A stretch of DNA of 64,000 nucleotides from Eledone cirrhosa (lineage: Eukaryota), in assembly GCA_964016885.1 (NCBI GenBank), contig OZ024740.1, positions 209,622,001 to 209,686,000 of the forward strand, written 5' to 3'. Position numbers and translations under genes: made by a program. The notes below the pieces were generated by a model that did no database searches, had not been told where the DNA came from, and saw nothing but the letters and a program-made list of their open reading frames with translations. This document shows positions 14,487-28,722 of this stretch, piece by piece (within the stretch, counting starts at the first letter, position 1; each line of letters begins with the position of its first letter).

Positions 14487-15360
14487 ATATATACTATTGT
14501 ATTTTCGCAGTAAAGATTTTATCTCACATAATATTGAATCTATGAGATTTTGATATTATTTATTTTGAGAACAATACCTTAACATCAGTATGAGGGGCTG
14601 GTTATGGCTGGTTTGAGCAGAAAGAGGTGAGAGAATTCTGGCTGGATACAGCTGGTTTAAATGGGATTTAGGGTTAATGGTATTTTAACTTCCTCATTAC
14701 TTAGTTGGTGTTTAGAAGATAACTTGAAGGTTCTTATATAAAATTATAATTGTTTCTTCGTTAGGCACAAGGCCAGCAATTACCCAGTGCATTACTGGTA
14801 CTTTATTTTATCGACCCCGTAAGGATGAAAGGCAAAGTTAACCTTGGTGGGATTTGAACTCAGAATGGCAAGGGCCGTAACTCTATACGTCAAAGCATGG
14901 CGTCCGACCCTCTACCAATACTGCCAATCCATTTATAATGGATGATTTTTTAGAGAAATATAAACACTTTAAAACCTGCAGTAAATGGCAGTTAAGATGC
15001 CATCAACAAATTAATTACATAAAAATTCCTTCTAGGGAAAATAAAAATAGAAAAATGAGAATTATCTTTTTGGTGAAAATAACTAATGCTTTAATAAATA
15101 AATAAATGTGTAGATATGTGTATTCACACTTAGACATAACATACATTGATAACATACATTGATACAGACACAACGCACATGAATACACACAGCTATACAT
15201 GCAGCTACACATTAATACACACAGCTACACACATCTACACACATTAAAACACACAGCTACACACATTATTGCACACATTATTGCACACAGCTACACACAT
15301 TATTGCACACAGCTACACATTAATACAAACAGCTACACATTAAAACACAGCTACACATAT

Positions 15361-15905
15361 CATCATCATCATCATTTTACATCCGCTTTTCCCTGCTTGC
15401 AAGGGTTGGATGGGTCCTATTCAGCACAGCATCTCTCCACTTGTCACGGTCCTTCGTCATCTCTTCGGTGAGTTTCAGCAATCTGTGGTTTGCTCTCACC
15501 AGCTCCACCCATGTTTTACGTGGTCTACTTCTACTACGTCTTCCTTCTACTGGGATTTCTTGGCACTTCTTTACCCAGCGGTCATCCTCCATGCGCATCA
15601 CATGTCCATACCATCTCAGCCTTCTCTCCTGCACACCACAACTTATACCTCTTATACCCAGTTTCTTTCTCAACTCGTCCATGCTTGGTCGTTCACACAC
15701 ATTGACATTGCACATCCAACGGAGCATACTTGCTTCATTTCTCTCCACCCGTCGCATATCCTCTGCAGTTGCCGCCTATGTCTCACTACCATGCAGCATC
15801 ACGCATCTCACAAGGCATCATATAACCGTCATTTCGTATGCAGGGAGAAACCCTTCTTTGTCAACAAAGGAAGCAGCTCCCTAAACTTCTTCCAACCCAT
15901 CCTTA
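15361..15905 (-). mobile_element. RTE-clade LINE 3' fragment
   Basis: ORF 15377-15757 (MLRWMCNV...RRLRWYGHVMRM...GRRSRSRPRKTW...DRDKWR) followed by an (ATG)n tail. Confidence 0.9.
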
Positions 15906-16464
15906 TTATATATAAATTTGAGTGACTTCCATCCATCCGTCACAATGTGTGTGTTTGTGTGAATGTATGTATGTGTAAAAGGAAGTGGACAGTGAAAAAG
16001 TATAGCAAAACAGCAGCTGGCGTTCCATTTGCTGTGCTGTGTGTGTGTGTGTATGTTTGTGTAAATGTATGTGTGTGTTTGTGTGAATATATGTGTATTT
16101 GTGTGAATGTATGTCTGTGAGTGTCTATTTTTGTAAGTGTGTCTCTGTTTGCAAGTTTATATTCATATACTCATACATATAAATGTACACACACACATAA
16201 ACACATATGTGTCAGCATGTTGAAAAAAATTCTAGTATTTATAAATTAAAAGAATTAGTTAATGTCAGTAAAAAGATAATTTTCATATTTTTTATTGATT
16301 TTTATTTTATCTTCATAGATATAATTTTTCTGTAAATGCTTGACAGCATCTGCATGTTAGCTGACATTTACAACAGGGTGTTATACAATGTTGTGATGAG
16401 TTAGAAGAAACCATTCAGTCAGGCTCTACTTCTTAGCTTTCTAATCTGATCTCAACAAATTCAG

Positions 16465-16822
16465 ATCTCTCTCTCTCTCATACACACAACTATACATAAT
16501 TCTCTCTATATCTCTCTCATAGACACACACACATATGCACACTCCCTCTCTCTCTCTCACATACACACACATATGCACACTCCTTCTCTCTATCTCTCTC
16601 ACAGACACACACACACATATGCACTCTACTTCTCTCTATCTCTCTCATAGACACACACACACGCATATACATATTCCTCTCTCTCTCTCTCTCTCTCATA
16701 CACACAAATATACACACTCTCTCTCTCTCACACAGACATACACACACTCTCTCTCTCTCTCTCTCACACACACTCTTCTCTTACACACTCCTCTCTCACA
16801 CACTTACACACACTTACACACA
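16465..16822. repeat. (CT)n/(CA)n compound microsatellite
   Basis: Direct reading. Confidence 0.9.
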
Positions 16823-17074
16823 TTGATTGATAGGTTTCTCAAACCTGGAATTCTGATTTTAATCAAAATTACTTTTCCAAGGTCTAGAAACAGTCCAAAT
16901 GTCACCCAATATATTTTTGGCACATGTAAATATTTCCAAATTGTTATACAACTATTAATAGGTTTCTAGGGAGCTTTTTATTTTTTTTAAAAATAGATTA
17001 TTCAATGCTTGATATTAGTCTTTTATTTGTATGTAGTATTGCTATCCCATACTATAATTCAATGTATGTATATA

Positions 17075-17106
<32 letters not shown>

Positions 17107-17124
17107 CATATATATATACACACA

Positions 17125-17912
17125 TAAATGGCAATTTCTGTCTGTTTGTTTGTGAACCTAAAACTCAAAAACTACCAAACTGATCTTGATGAAACTTGAC
17201 ACGCGTGTGGGGCTCATGCCCATTTGATTTCTTACATATATTTCATTTTAATCAAAAGATTCCCTGGGGGTTCAAACCCCGCTTAATTTTTTCCCTTCGA
17301 TTTATATGAAATTTAAACCATAGGTAAATGACAAGATATGGTGCCTATTTACAAAATTTCGCGCAAATTTTAATAATATTATGACACCCTAGTGGGGGTT
17401 AAACTCCCTATAGTGAAAATTTTGGCCAATAAATAGAACAATATTTCACAAACTCCTCCTATGGTTTTGGAGATAGACCCCCATAAACGTATATATTCTG
17501 AAACTACATTGCCCAGGGTACTTGAATAAGTATATTTCATTTTAATCAAAGGATTCCCCGGGGGCACAAAACCCCCGCTGAAAATTTTTTCCCTTCGATT
17601 TATATGAAATTTAAACCCTAGGTAAATGACAAGATATGATGCCTATTCACAAAATTTCAGCAATGAAACCCCCTAATGGGGGTTCTATTTTTTTCCTTAT
17701 AGCAACACGCAACTTCTCTGACAAGAATATTTTTCGCCTGACCAATGCAATCAACAATATTTGTTGTATTATTGTTTTGTAAATGAATTTGTCTTTGCTT
17801 TTGATTATCTGTCCTATATTTTAATTTCATTTTTGGTCTGAGAGGCATTGGGCATTTTAATGGGAACTGGGAATACCCCTGCTCCTGGGTATTACTGGGT
17901 ACCTCGGCTATT
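17125..17912 (+). mobile_element. Non-autonomous Helitron-like element with internal ~295-bp duplication
   Basis: 5' tctgtctgtttgtttgtg...ctcaaaaactaccaaactgatcttgatgaaacttg; 3' cctgggtattactgggtacctcggCTAT; 17240-17400 is repeated at about 17533-17690. Confidence 0.6.
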
Positions 17913-17917
17913 TTATA

Positions 17918-18757
17918 CAGGGTGCCGATGATATTTGTTCGCAAGATTACTGTCTAGGAAAAAATAACACAGTAATTTTATTTTTTAAGATTTATTTATC
18001 AAACTTGGGTCAGTTTGTCTTTCGATCTCACTCGATAAACCCGCCATTGGCTTTGATGACGGCCTCAAGGCGGCCTCGGAAACAGCTACAGGCCTTCGTC
18101 ACTGTCCTCCGACTTAGATCGTCTTTCGTATTGCAGCTAGATCTGTTGGTGTCTCGTTCCACTGCGCCCCACACAAAGAACTTGAGGGGGTTGCAGTCAG
18201 GCGAGCTGGGAGGCCAGATTTCAGGTGAAGTGTAGTCAACAAAGTTCTCTGACAGCCAGGCTTGTGTCTTTCAGCTGGTATGGAAGGGCGCTGAGTCTTG
18301 CTGCCACCCGTACGGCCTACCTGCAGCTACCTGGTCGATCCAGGGCTTTATTACCTCGCTCAGAACGCAGATGTAGCCATCGGTGTTCAGCTTGAGGCCC
18401 TCAGGGAAGAAGTGAGGTGGCATAACGTCACCTTGACTGCTGACGACACCTAAGACCAATGTTGTCGCTTGAAACTTTGTCTGCATGACTCTGGGCACAT
18501 CTTTGGATGAGACAGCGAGCCACCTGTTGTTCTGGGAGTTGATCTTCTGGTCTTATTTGTCCTCCCGGTGCGGATTCCAAGAAGAACTCTGTGTCTCTTC
18601 CACAAATTTGGAGGTTCAATTCATAATCAATTATTCTGAAAATAAATAATGGAAATATAGTCACTGTTTTTATGAAGACAAGAGTGACAACGGAAGTAAA
18701 AAAAATTTGCATAAAATTAGCAGTTGAAAATTGCGAACAAATATCGTCCGCACCTTG
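17918..18757 (-). mobile_element. Internally deleted Tc1/mariner element, DD37D (maT)-like
   Basis: About 27-bp TIRs (cagggtgccgatgatatttgttcgcaa / reverse complement caaggtgcggacgatatttgttcgcaa), TA at both ends, transposase remnant inside. Confidence 0.9.
18028..18545 (-). pseudogene. Transposase catalytic-domain remnant
   Basis: ...WQQDSAPFHTS*KTQAWLSENF...WPPSSPDCNPLKFFVWGAVE...RLEAVIKANGGFIE*: 37 residues from the QQD Asp to the position after NPL (mutated to K), with an internal stop. Confidence 0.85.
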
Positions 18758-19022
18758 TATATATATATACATACATACCACATATATACCATATATATAT
18801 ACCTGCTATGGTTATATAGCTTCTAATTGAATGGAAGGAATCATGGGTGGTGTGTTGGTGTAATGGTACACATTGGTCCGGCAAACAAAAAATGTAGGTT
18901 CATGTCCCATGTACGTCAATACTCATCCTTTTTTCCATTCAGAGGGTTTTTTTAAATCCCAACTCTAACAGACTAATTCTATTTAGTCAAATACGGCGTA
19001 AGCACATGTTACTACCTAATTT

Positions 19023-19058
<36 letters not shown>

Positions 19059-19299
19059 TATACATATGCAAATACACATATACACACATATATATACAAA
19101 CATACATATATACATACACACATGGTGGCTGCCAACTCGTTTTCGAGTACGGCCACTACTTTATATCCATGTAGGAGAACCCCTACCGATGCGCTGAACG
19201 AGTGTGACTTTTTAGTCCAGCCAGCGACTTGAAAACTCTGGTACAAACACTACACTTGTGACAATTATTGACACATAGTGCTGGGCCCATGGTACCATG

Positions 19300-19731
19300 T
19301 GACGACAAGTGCAGAGAGATCTCCAGATATAAAGCAATGCATGTGCCGTGAAGCTTTTATAGTGAGCAAAGGCACTGCACAAAGCCAGTCCCACTCTCTT
19401 AACCAAGATGATATTTACCAAAAAGAAGAACAAGTCAACATCATTGGATACCATCAGGGTTGCAGGTGTTATATCAGAGTTTTCCTTCTCCTAGAATTCT
19501 GCCTTGACAAAGGCTAAGGGGTCATCTCTCCTGGTGATTTTGGATGGCCATTGACTCTTAAGAGCTCCTTTGCCCTTTGACAGGTTTTGTTTTTAGTCCT
19601 GCAAGATGTCCAAAGTCACCCTCCTCACCAAGAAACCTTGGTGGGGTTGCCAGTTTAGTCGCCAACGACCCGACCATGAGACAGGTTGTACTGGGATACA
19701 TGTTACCAGTAGCACCAACTGGTGACCTGAC
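19300..19731 (-). mobile_element. Probable 5'-UTR-like piece of an RTE-type retroelement
   Basis: GC-richer block containing ctaggagaaggaaaactctga, recalled from RTE leaders, with a structured 5' end; no ORF. Confidence 0.35.
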
Positions 19732-19780
19732 ATACACACATACATATATACATACACACATATATATATACACACACATG

Positions 19781-19826
<46 letters not shown>

Positions 19827-20176
19827 TACACACATACATGTATATATAAAATCATCATGTTACATTTGTCAGTTTTCCATGCTGGCATGGGTAGGAGGGG
19901 GTTTCTCAGTCCAAGATTGACTAGTCAGAGAACCATATCTTGCTCATACGTTCCATATTTTGGCATGGCTTCTAAAGCTAGTTGCTCTTCCTTATGCCAA
20001 CCATTTTACATACAACAGATGGTCTTAATTAAGAAAAAAGCAACAAAAACACAGTTTAACGATGTACTCAATACATGTTAATTAACATTTGTCTGTAGAG
20101 CTTTATATATTTATTATAATTTTGTGTTCAACAGTGGAATTCTCATTTCACTAAAAAGTTAGAGCTTTAATATATA

Positions 20177-20623
20177 CTAGCAGATTTACACGCCGTTGCC
20201 CGGGGTTTGAAAATCCCATAAGGATTTAGTTTTTATGGGTTTGCTGACACAGGTATGTGACTTAGAAGAAAATCGATGCTCGCTTAAGAGCCTTGTAGTG
20301 CAGAGAATAAACACGAGTGACAAAAAAATGTGCAAGCTTCAGCTGAAAAGTTGTAGGTCCCAACAGTTTGAATGGAAAGTCCCATAAGGATTTTGTTTTG
20401 ATTGATTTCTACCTTACATCATGCACTTTAGAAAAAATAATTTTGCTATCGATTTTTTATTGCTCAACGTGGGTCGATTTGAAAATGTTTGTGATGTAAC
20501 CATCTTAGCGACAGGTGCAACGTGCACAGAAAATTTGGTCAAATTCAGTTGGGAATTGTAAAAGCCTTAGCTGTCCAAAGTTGTCCACAGACACACTCAC
20601 ATCCTCGCTTTTATATATATAGA
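20177..20623 (-). mobile_element. Non-autonomous Helitron
   Basis: Minus strand starts A|TCTATATATATAAAAG and ends ccccgggcaacggcgtg...CTAG|T: canonical TC...CTAG termini at an AT target with a GC-rich subterminal segment and no TSD. Confidence 0.85.
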
Positions 20624-23062
20624 TGGGAAACAGGGAAATCCCCTTCTTGAAACAAACATTGACAATGACATGACAACCTCCTTGTGTTGGTGATAGGAAG
20701 GGCATCAAGTAATAGAAAGCTTGCTAAACAAAGGTTTGGGAGGGCCCTTTAGTTATGCCAAAGACATGACATCCTCTCTAGTACTGATCTCGCGATAAAA
20801 TGCACTCGATAGAGCATGGGACTATGTAAGCGAAATGAAGAAACCCTGCCTGTTTGGTGGGGTGGGGTCAGTAGCCCTGCTTTATTACTGACTTGGTCTT
20901 TGAAGACCTGTCCAACCCTTGCTAGCAGGGAAAGCAGACTTTAAATGATGATGGCAATAGACATTTTAGGGCCATATCCCTGCTAAAGCAAGAGTTAGCC
21001 TTGACTGACTCATCATTGACAGCCCTTCCTGAAGGAAGCTTTTAGTCACCTTTTACAACATGCAGGGATACGGTTTGCCTATTTTAAACTGGATACATAC
21101 ACATTTAATTTGTTACTAGTGGTATGATATAATGTTAAAGAGTTAGTTTGAGATGACTAATTTATTGTGTTAAATTTTGTATTTTTGTAGCTGAGTAATT
21201 GTATTTTGTGTGTTGAGTCTTTGTTGGTTGGGGTTTGTTGTATTTGTTTACCTTTATTTCCATGTTGGGTTGAGGCTATGAGAGAAGAAATTGTTTTATA
21301 ATACATGTAGGTATGTGTGTATGTAATTTAAATACATCTTCCAAATGCCACATAATAGAGTTGCCTCCTAGAAATACTGAGGTTATATCTTTTACTTGTT
21401 AGAAATATTCTTGTTTCAGTTTCTTTTTTTATCTATTCTAATGTATTGTTATTGGTTCTGTGAATGATTGCAGTTTGTTATATCTGTGTATGTCTTGTAA
21501 CTAAATGGATAAATAGTGTTCTTCTTAATCATGTGATATCATTTCAATTATAAAAAAAAAAAAACATTTGTAAAATTTTAAATCATCATCATCATCATCT
21601 TACTTTTTTCCATGCTAGCAAGAGATAGATAGGTTATAGACCAAGCCACTGTCCTTCTAGACCGGCGATGGGCTGTATCTTGCTGGCTTGGTTTCTGCAG
21701 CTGGATGCTATTCATCACACTAATTACTTTACAGTGTGTATTGGGTGCATTTTAACATAGACACCAGCACTAGGGAAGTTGTCATGTCTTGGACACAACT
21801 GCAAAGTCCCGTTAACTCTTTGTTTGGCATGAATTCTACAACTGGATGCCCTTCCTAACACCAACTACTTTACAGAGGGTATTGGGTGCATTTTAATGTG
21901 GCACCAGCACTATTGCATCACTAACAAAATATTTGTCTCTTGTGTAATGAGTTAAAGGAAATAAATGGTGTTTGGCATTAATGCTTATCGATGGGTTGGG
22001 TGAAACTTTTTGAGGCAAAGAATTCTATGGCCTGATACTCTTCCTGGAGCCAACCATTACTTATTTTTTTGGTATGGTATGAAGTTTTTGTTAATATAAT
22101 TGCTGAGCTGCTTGACCTCAGTTTATGCAGGATGTAAACATGTATCATGCCTGTGCTAGCAATATCAAATGTAAAGAGACAAAAAGAGTGAGAGAAAGTG
22201 AGACACTGTTGGCTTCACACAATTTCTGTCTACCAAATTCACTCACAAGATTGGCTCAAAGCTATAGTTGAAGATACTTGCTCAAGGTATCACTCAGGGG
22301 AATAGAACCCAAAACCATGTGGTTGTAAAGCTAACTTCTTAATCGCAGCACCATGAATTTTCTTTCCTTCTTTCTTCTTGTGACATCATTCAATGTAAAA
22401 TAATAACTGTACTATATTCTTATATATGTCTGTCATTCTTCCATATAAGTTGAAATGTAAACTGAGTATTCATTATTTTGAACCTCTTACATAAAGAGGT
22501 AGAAATAAAGTAAATACATTATGTACGTTCAAGTCACATTAACACTTTTGATACTAAACTGCTTGAAACTGCCTCTGGATCTATGATACAAAACACTTCA
22601 TTTTAAAATGTTTATATCTATCTAAAAACCTTTCCATTATAATTCTATATAAGAACCTTTGTTATGTTCCAAACACTGGCATTGATAATGAAATATTTAG
22701 TTATATTTTAGTAAATTCCTCCGAATTCTCAATTATTTTCAAAATTATTTGAAAATCATAGACAATGTTTCTTTTATCAGAAATATAGTAATGAAATATT
22801 TTAGAATTTTTGGTCAGTTTTCATTTATGATATTCTGTCTTTTGTATAATGCTCTACTAATTTCCATTTATTCTGCGATGTATGTTTGCTCTCCCTTTAT
22901 GGTCTGAGTTCAAATCCCGCCGAGGTTAACTTTGCCTTTCATCCTTACAGGGTCGATAAAATAAAGTACCAGTAATACAGTGATATAATTGGTGGCCTTG
23001 TGCCAAAAGTAGAAACAATTATATAAAATATATGAGTGGATGTATACTGGCTAATATATATA

Positions 23063-23103
<41 letters not shown>

Positions 23104-24456
23104 TATTCAATATATATATTATTCAATTGATGAAGGTTGGTTGATCATATAATCCACTGACTTTTTTTTATAAAGATGTAAAGGACTCTGATTTGTATTC
23201 CTTAGGATATATATATATATCTAGTGTACTTTATTTTTCGTTTTTTCAGCCTAGATCCCAAACATTGGTAAGTCTGAATCACAAATTCACTGCTTTAGTG
23301 TCACTGTGTTGCACTAGATAGATATAATAATACAAGTTTGAAAATATACTTATAGCTGTATAGAACTGGATACTGTTTAGTGCACTATTGTGTTGGCACA
23401 ACTATAACTGTGGAAAATTAGTTGGTTTCAAATGAAGATATCTCAAGGGGTTTCCTTTTTTGTAACAATTATGGAATGGCCTCAATGACATTCATATATA
23501 TATATATATATCATCATCATCATCTTTGTTTAATGTCCATTTTCCACGCTAGCATGGGTTAGACGATATATATATACACACACACACGTGTGTGTGTGTG
23601 TGTATATATATAGTCAACAAAGAAAAATAACACAGGATAACAATACAATGATGATATATTAGTTTGACACTTGATATACTTAGAAATGAATGTCAATATT
23701 TTGGATGCTAATCCTTCATTGAAATGAAGAATGAGAGAAGAGGAGATGTTTGCAAGAGAAGAAAAAAGGAAGATAGACAAGATTAAATAAAATAAAATGG
23801 GGGAAAGGTATATGGGAGAGAAAGCAAGTGTTGTTGTTAGTCAACCCTTTGGAAAATCTATTTTCTTTATTGAGCCTTGTGTGCCGCTATAGGAATTTAA
23901 TGATCCAAACTGAAGATCACCCATTATTCTATGTTAAAATCAAGTGGGTCAACGTCAGTACTTGTTGAGTAGAATATCATGTATTTAAAATAAAAAGCAC
24001 ATATTTCATATCCTATATTCTGGGTAAATAATTTTGTTTTATGATTAAAAAACAAAACAAAACCACTCACTTGACTGTTCAAGTCTCAGAGATCAATGGA
24101 AATAACTGATTTTTTTTCAAAAATGTCCTTTTTTATTATGAAAAATAGACAGGATCTAAGTGGGGACAAACAATTCACAATTTAGTCTTCATTAATCAGA
24201 TGATGTTTATAATTAAAAAAATTGTAACTGCTTTTTTTTAAATAGTTTTATAACTTTACAAGAATTAAGAATATGAAATGGGGGAGGGGGGGTATTGATG
24301 GTTAGGGATTTATTTATCAGCTGTTTTACAGGGAAGAATCCCATGAAATTTAGCCATAAAAGTGCATAAGAAAAACTTTTTTTTCATTATACTACATACA
24401 CATGCACACAGACACGGTCACACATATTAGAAGCAGCCCTCCTTATTTGTAATGCT

Positions 24457-24716
24457 TTAACTCTTTTGATGCTAAATCTCCTTAAAACCACCCTTTGATC
24501 TGATACAAAACTGTTTGCTTTAAAGTGTTTATATTCATCTAAAAAAAACCTTCCATCATAATTTTATGTAAGAACTTTTGTTTTGTTTCAAACACGAGCT
24601 TAATAATGGGAAAATTAATTATATTACTAAATTCTTCCAAATTCTTGATTATTTTCAAAATTACTTGAACACCATAGGCAGTGTTTTTCATTAGAAATAT
24701 GGTAATGAAGGGTTAA
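24457..24716. mobile_element. piggyBac-like MITE, family B
   Basis: TTAA-flanked, same internal sequence as 2037-2290. Confidence 0.7.
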
Positions 24717-26027
24717 TGATGATAGAATGGAACTCTTGTTTAAGAATCTGTGAAGCTTCATCGTTATCAAAACAGATTAGTTTGCTGATTGCATGCATGG
24801 TCCTGTAACTCCCGAAGGAGTTATAGGGGTACAGTATTGGCATCCAGCGTTTCTAGGGCATTTTTCAAACTTGGTGCTGCCCATCCCTCTCCAGTTGTTC
24901 CAGAGAAGGATACATAGAGTGAGAGAATGGAAGTAAGAAAGGGATATAGAGAAAGAACCAATCCTAGTACCAGACTGGTATTTTTTTTTTTATCAACCTC
25001 AAAAGAATGAAAGGCAAAGATGACCTCGGCAGGATTTGAACTCAGAGATCAGAGAGTGGAAATGAATGCTGCAAAGCATTTTATCTTATCTTGTAATGAC
25101 CCTGCCAATCGCCACCTGAGTTTCCTGATTAACATGTGATGTATGTTATCAACAACAGATCTAATGACTAAACTTGTCAGTTATGTTCTAAACCTTACTT
25201 CAGGTGGTTAATGAATATTCCGATCTCTCTCTCTCTCTCTCTCTCTCTCTGTTCTTTTCTCCAACTCTCTATCCTTCTCCACCTCTCCATTCACCTCTCT
25301 CTCTCTCCCTTCACCCTATCTCTCTTTTCACCTATCTCTCTTCCCCCTCTTTCTCCCTCTTCACCCATCTCTCTCCCTCTCCACCTCTCTCGCCTCACCC
25401 CTCTTCATCCCTCTCTCCTTCTCCATCCCTCTCTCTATCCACCCCTCCCTCTAACACCCCCTCTCTCAAAATAATGGTAGTATGATAAATAATGATTAAT
25501 AAATCCTGTCCACTCTGACAGGACTTGGTGCTGGGAAACAGACTTAGTTGTAAAAATATGTAGAACCTGTTAAACAAATTCTTTATCCAACTTATGCTAA
25601 TATTGAACAATAGAAGTCAATCTTGTACTATATTGATGGTAGCAGTGGTTCTAGTGGATGGTTATGAGTTACAAATATTTGGTAATATTTAAGGCAGCAA
25701 ATTGTCAGAGCCATTAGAATGTCGGATAGAATGCTTTGTAGTATTCATTTCGGCTCTATGCACTTTCACGAGTGCTGTATTCAGACCTGGAAAGGATTAG
25801 GTTCTGCCAGGTTTTAAAATGCCCTAGAAATGCTGTATGCCAACAAGACATCCCTACAACTCCCTCAGGAGTTATGGGACCATGCATACACGCATTTAAG
25901 GTATTACTTTAAAATTATATGTTGGAATGGACCATCATCGGTTTCAACGATGAGTGTTCCAGTTGTTTGACCAACAGGGCAGCCTGCTTCTGAAATTAAC
26001 TTGTAAGTAACTGGGGCACATGTACTC

Positions 26028-26237
26028 TTAACCCTTCAGCATTTACATTACTCTATATTTACTATTGTATTTTCACAGTAAAGGCCTTACCTCATATAAT
26101 ATCAAATCTATGAGATTTTGATATTATTTATTTTGAGAACAATACCTTAATGTGAGTGGACGGTTACAGTTGGTTTTAACACAAAGAGGTGAGAGAATTC
26201 TGGCCAGATACAACCGGTTTAAATGCTAAAGGGTTAA
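26028..26237. mobile_element. piggyBac-like MITE, family A
   Basis: TTAA TSD, CCC/GGG termini, about 200-bp shared internal sequence. Confidence 0.8.
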
Positions 26238-28071
26238 TGTTATTCAGGGATATTCAACTTTATCTCAAAACCTAATTTACACCTAATATGCATTTGAGTC
26301 AAAATCTTTTGATATTTACCTGCCTAAAACTGCGGATTCTATGATACAAAAACTATTTATTTTAAAGTGTTTATATTTATCTAAAGACCCTCAATCATAA
26401 TTTTATGTAAGAACCTTTATGTTCCAAACAACAACTTGATAATGAGAAAGTTAGTTATATTACTAAATCCCTCCAAATTCTCGATTTTTCTTTTTAAGAA
26501 TTTTAAAATCGTAGGTAGTGTTTTTCATTAGAAATATGGTAACAAAAGAGTTAAGACAATATTATATTGGGCATATAATTTGAAATTTACCGAATTGGTG
26601 TGAAGAAAGCCATTTGTATTTTTATTTTATTTTATTTTATTTTTTTGAATTTTGAAAGTAAATTTATATAACTAAACTTCAAAGTTTCTGAAAGTGTTCA
26701 ATATGCTGAACAAGTAAAATAGTTTAATAGAGAAATGCTATTACTTTCATGTAATTCAATAGCTGAAATTATAATTACTGCCATATTTTTATATTTGTAA
26801 ATAATGTTGTCATTAAACCACTCTAGATAGATGTGTCTTTTAGTTTCCTAGCCAAAATGTGTTGCATAAGTTTTCTGCACATCTGAAATCTTTGCACTAA
26901 TTTGTTTTGTTTTAATATTTTACCTTTAACTCTTTTGATACCAAACCTCCTGAAACCACTTTTGGTTCTATAATACAAAGCTGTTTATTTTGAAGTTTTT
27001 ATATTTATCTAAAGATCTCTCTACATAATTTTTATGTAAAAACCTTTTTTATGCCCCAAACATCAACTTAGTAATAAGAAATTTACTTGTATTACCAAAT
27101 CTTTCCAAATTCTTGATTATCGAAAAAATATTTGAAAATTATAACCAGTGTCTTTTATTAGAAATGAAGTGTGTTGATGCCTGTTTTAACAGATACAAAA
27201 AGGATTAAGGGGTGTTTGTTATTTAATTCTATAAAATAAATATAACATCTGAATCACAATAAGGTATATATATTCAGGAAGAGATTGATCTTGTCTTCCA
27301 AAATGGCACCAAAATGACAAGATAACTGACCCAGTCTTTTTAAAAGGATCCGGTAGAGAAAAATTCCCCAAACTCTCTCTTACCCAATTTTTATCCTTTA
27401 ACCCTTTAGCATTTACATTACTCCATACTATTGTATTTTTGTGGTAAAGGCTTTATCTTATATAATTATCCCACATAATATCGAATTTACAAGATTTTGA
27501 TGTTATTTATTTTGAGAACAATACCTTAATGTTGGTATGAGCGGCCAGTTACAGCCGGTTTAAATAGAAAGAGGGGAGAGAGTTCTGGCTGGATACAGCC
27601 AGTTTAAATGCTAAAGAAAAAACAAATTCCCCAAATTCTCTCCCTCCCTCTCTCTCTTAATCCTTGTTATTTCATTCTCACCATATACCTAGCATCTCCT
27701 CTCCAACAATAGAACGTTATATGTTTGTATTTATTGCTTTTTTAATCTACATTTTCTGTAATATTTAGTTGCCAGGCTTACTTCACTTTCACTGATATAG
27801 GAATTAGTATTTTAGGCTGTTTGCCATGTTGATTTGATAAGTCACTTAATTCAGATTTATTATTTATTTTTTCTAATGGGTCATACAATCTCTCTTTCTT
27901 TCTCTTTTACTCTCTCTCTCTTCCTCCTCTCTTTCTTTCTCCTGCTCCTTCCCCCCTCTCTTCTTCCCTCTCTCCAACCTCCACCTCTCATTATATATTT
28001 ATCTCCCCACCTCTCCTTCGCTTTCCCTCTCTCTTTTTCTCCCCACCTCTCTATATCTATCTCCCACTTTG

Positions 28072-28103
<32 letters not shown>

Positions 28104-28349
28104 AATTTACACAAGCCTGACATTGGATTACACAACAATCATGTTTCTAAATTGACTGATCATTCAAGTGTAAATTATAGGTTTCTATGGAAACCTGCAA
28201 TGTATTGGAAATGTCTATCTTTCCATGTTGATTCTTTAATGTACACTGTCGGTAATTTAACCTATTTCACACCAACCTGACCCAAACAACCCATTTTAAA
28301 GGTTTAAAGGGTTCCTATTTATATTAAAATCTTTTATATAAAAAACCTT

Positions 28350-28535
28350 CTTCTTTTTTCTTTCTTTCTTCTTTTTTCTTTCTTTTTCTTCTTTCTTCTT
28401 CTTCCTTGAGAAGGTCATGGGGGAAGAGTCCTCAAACACTCCTTCTAGTGGGTCCTGTCAGAAGCAACCATTTCCAACTGATCCGGCTGGATCCCCAAGC
28501 AAGACCAGCAGAGCCCATGGATGTAATTGCATAGC
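28350..28535 (-). mobile_element. RTE (Expander-like) C-terminal fragment with (GAA)n-type tail
   Basis: Minus-strand translation NYIHGLCWSCLGIQPDQLEMVASDRTH*KECLRTLPP*P. Confidence 0.6.
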
Positions 28536-28722
28536 TCAAAGATCAGAGAGTTGCCCCATAGGGCCACCACTGGAAGGTCCAACTCTATGTAGTATATAAT
28601 GTAGGGGAAATTAGGCCAGTGAAGCCCATCATTCTACATTATATCCATGAGTTGAACCCAGCACTATAAGCTAAGAAACCAGTTATTGATTCCACAGGGC
28701 TTGTTATATGCTAACAAGTGAA

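Noticed and set aside
18846-18918. tRNA-like sequence (ttggtgtaatggt...ggttcatgtcc)
   Set aside because: Only A/B-box-like remnants; acceptor and anticodon stems do not pair, so it is probably a decayed SINE head.
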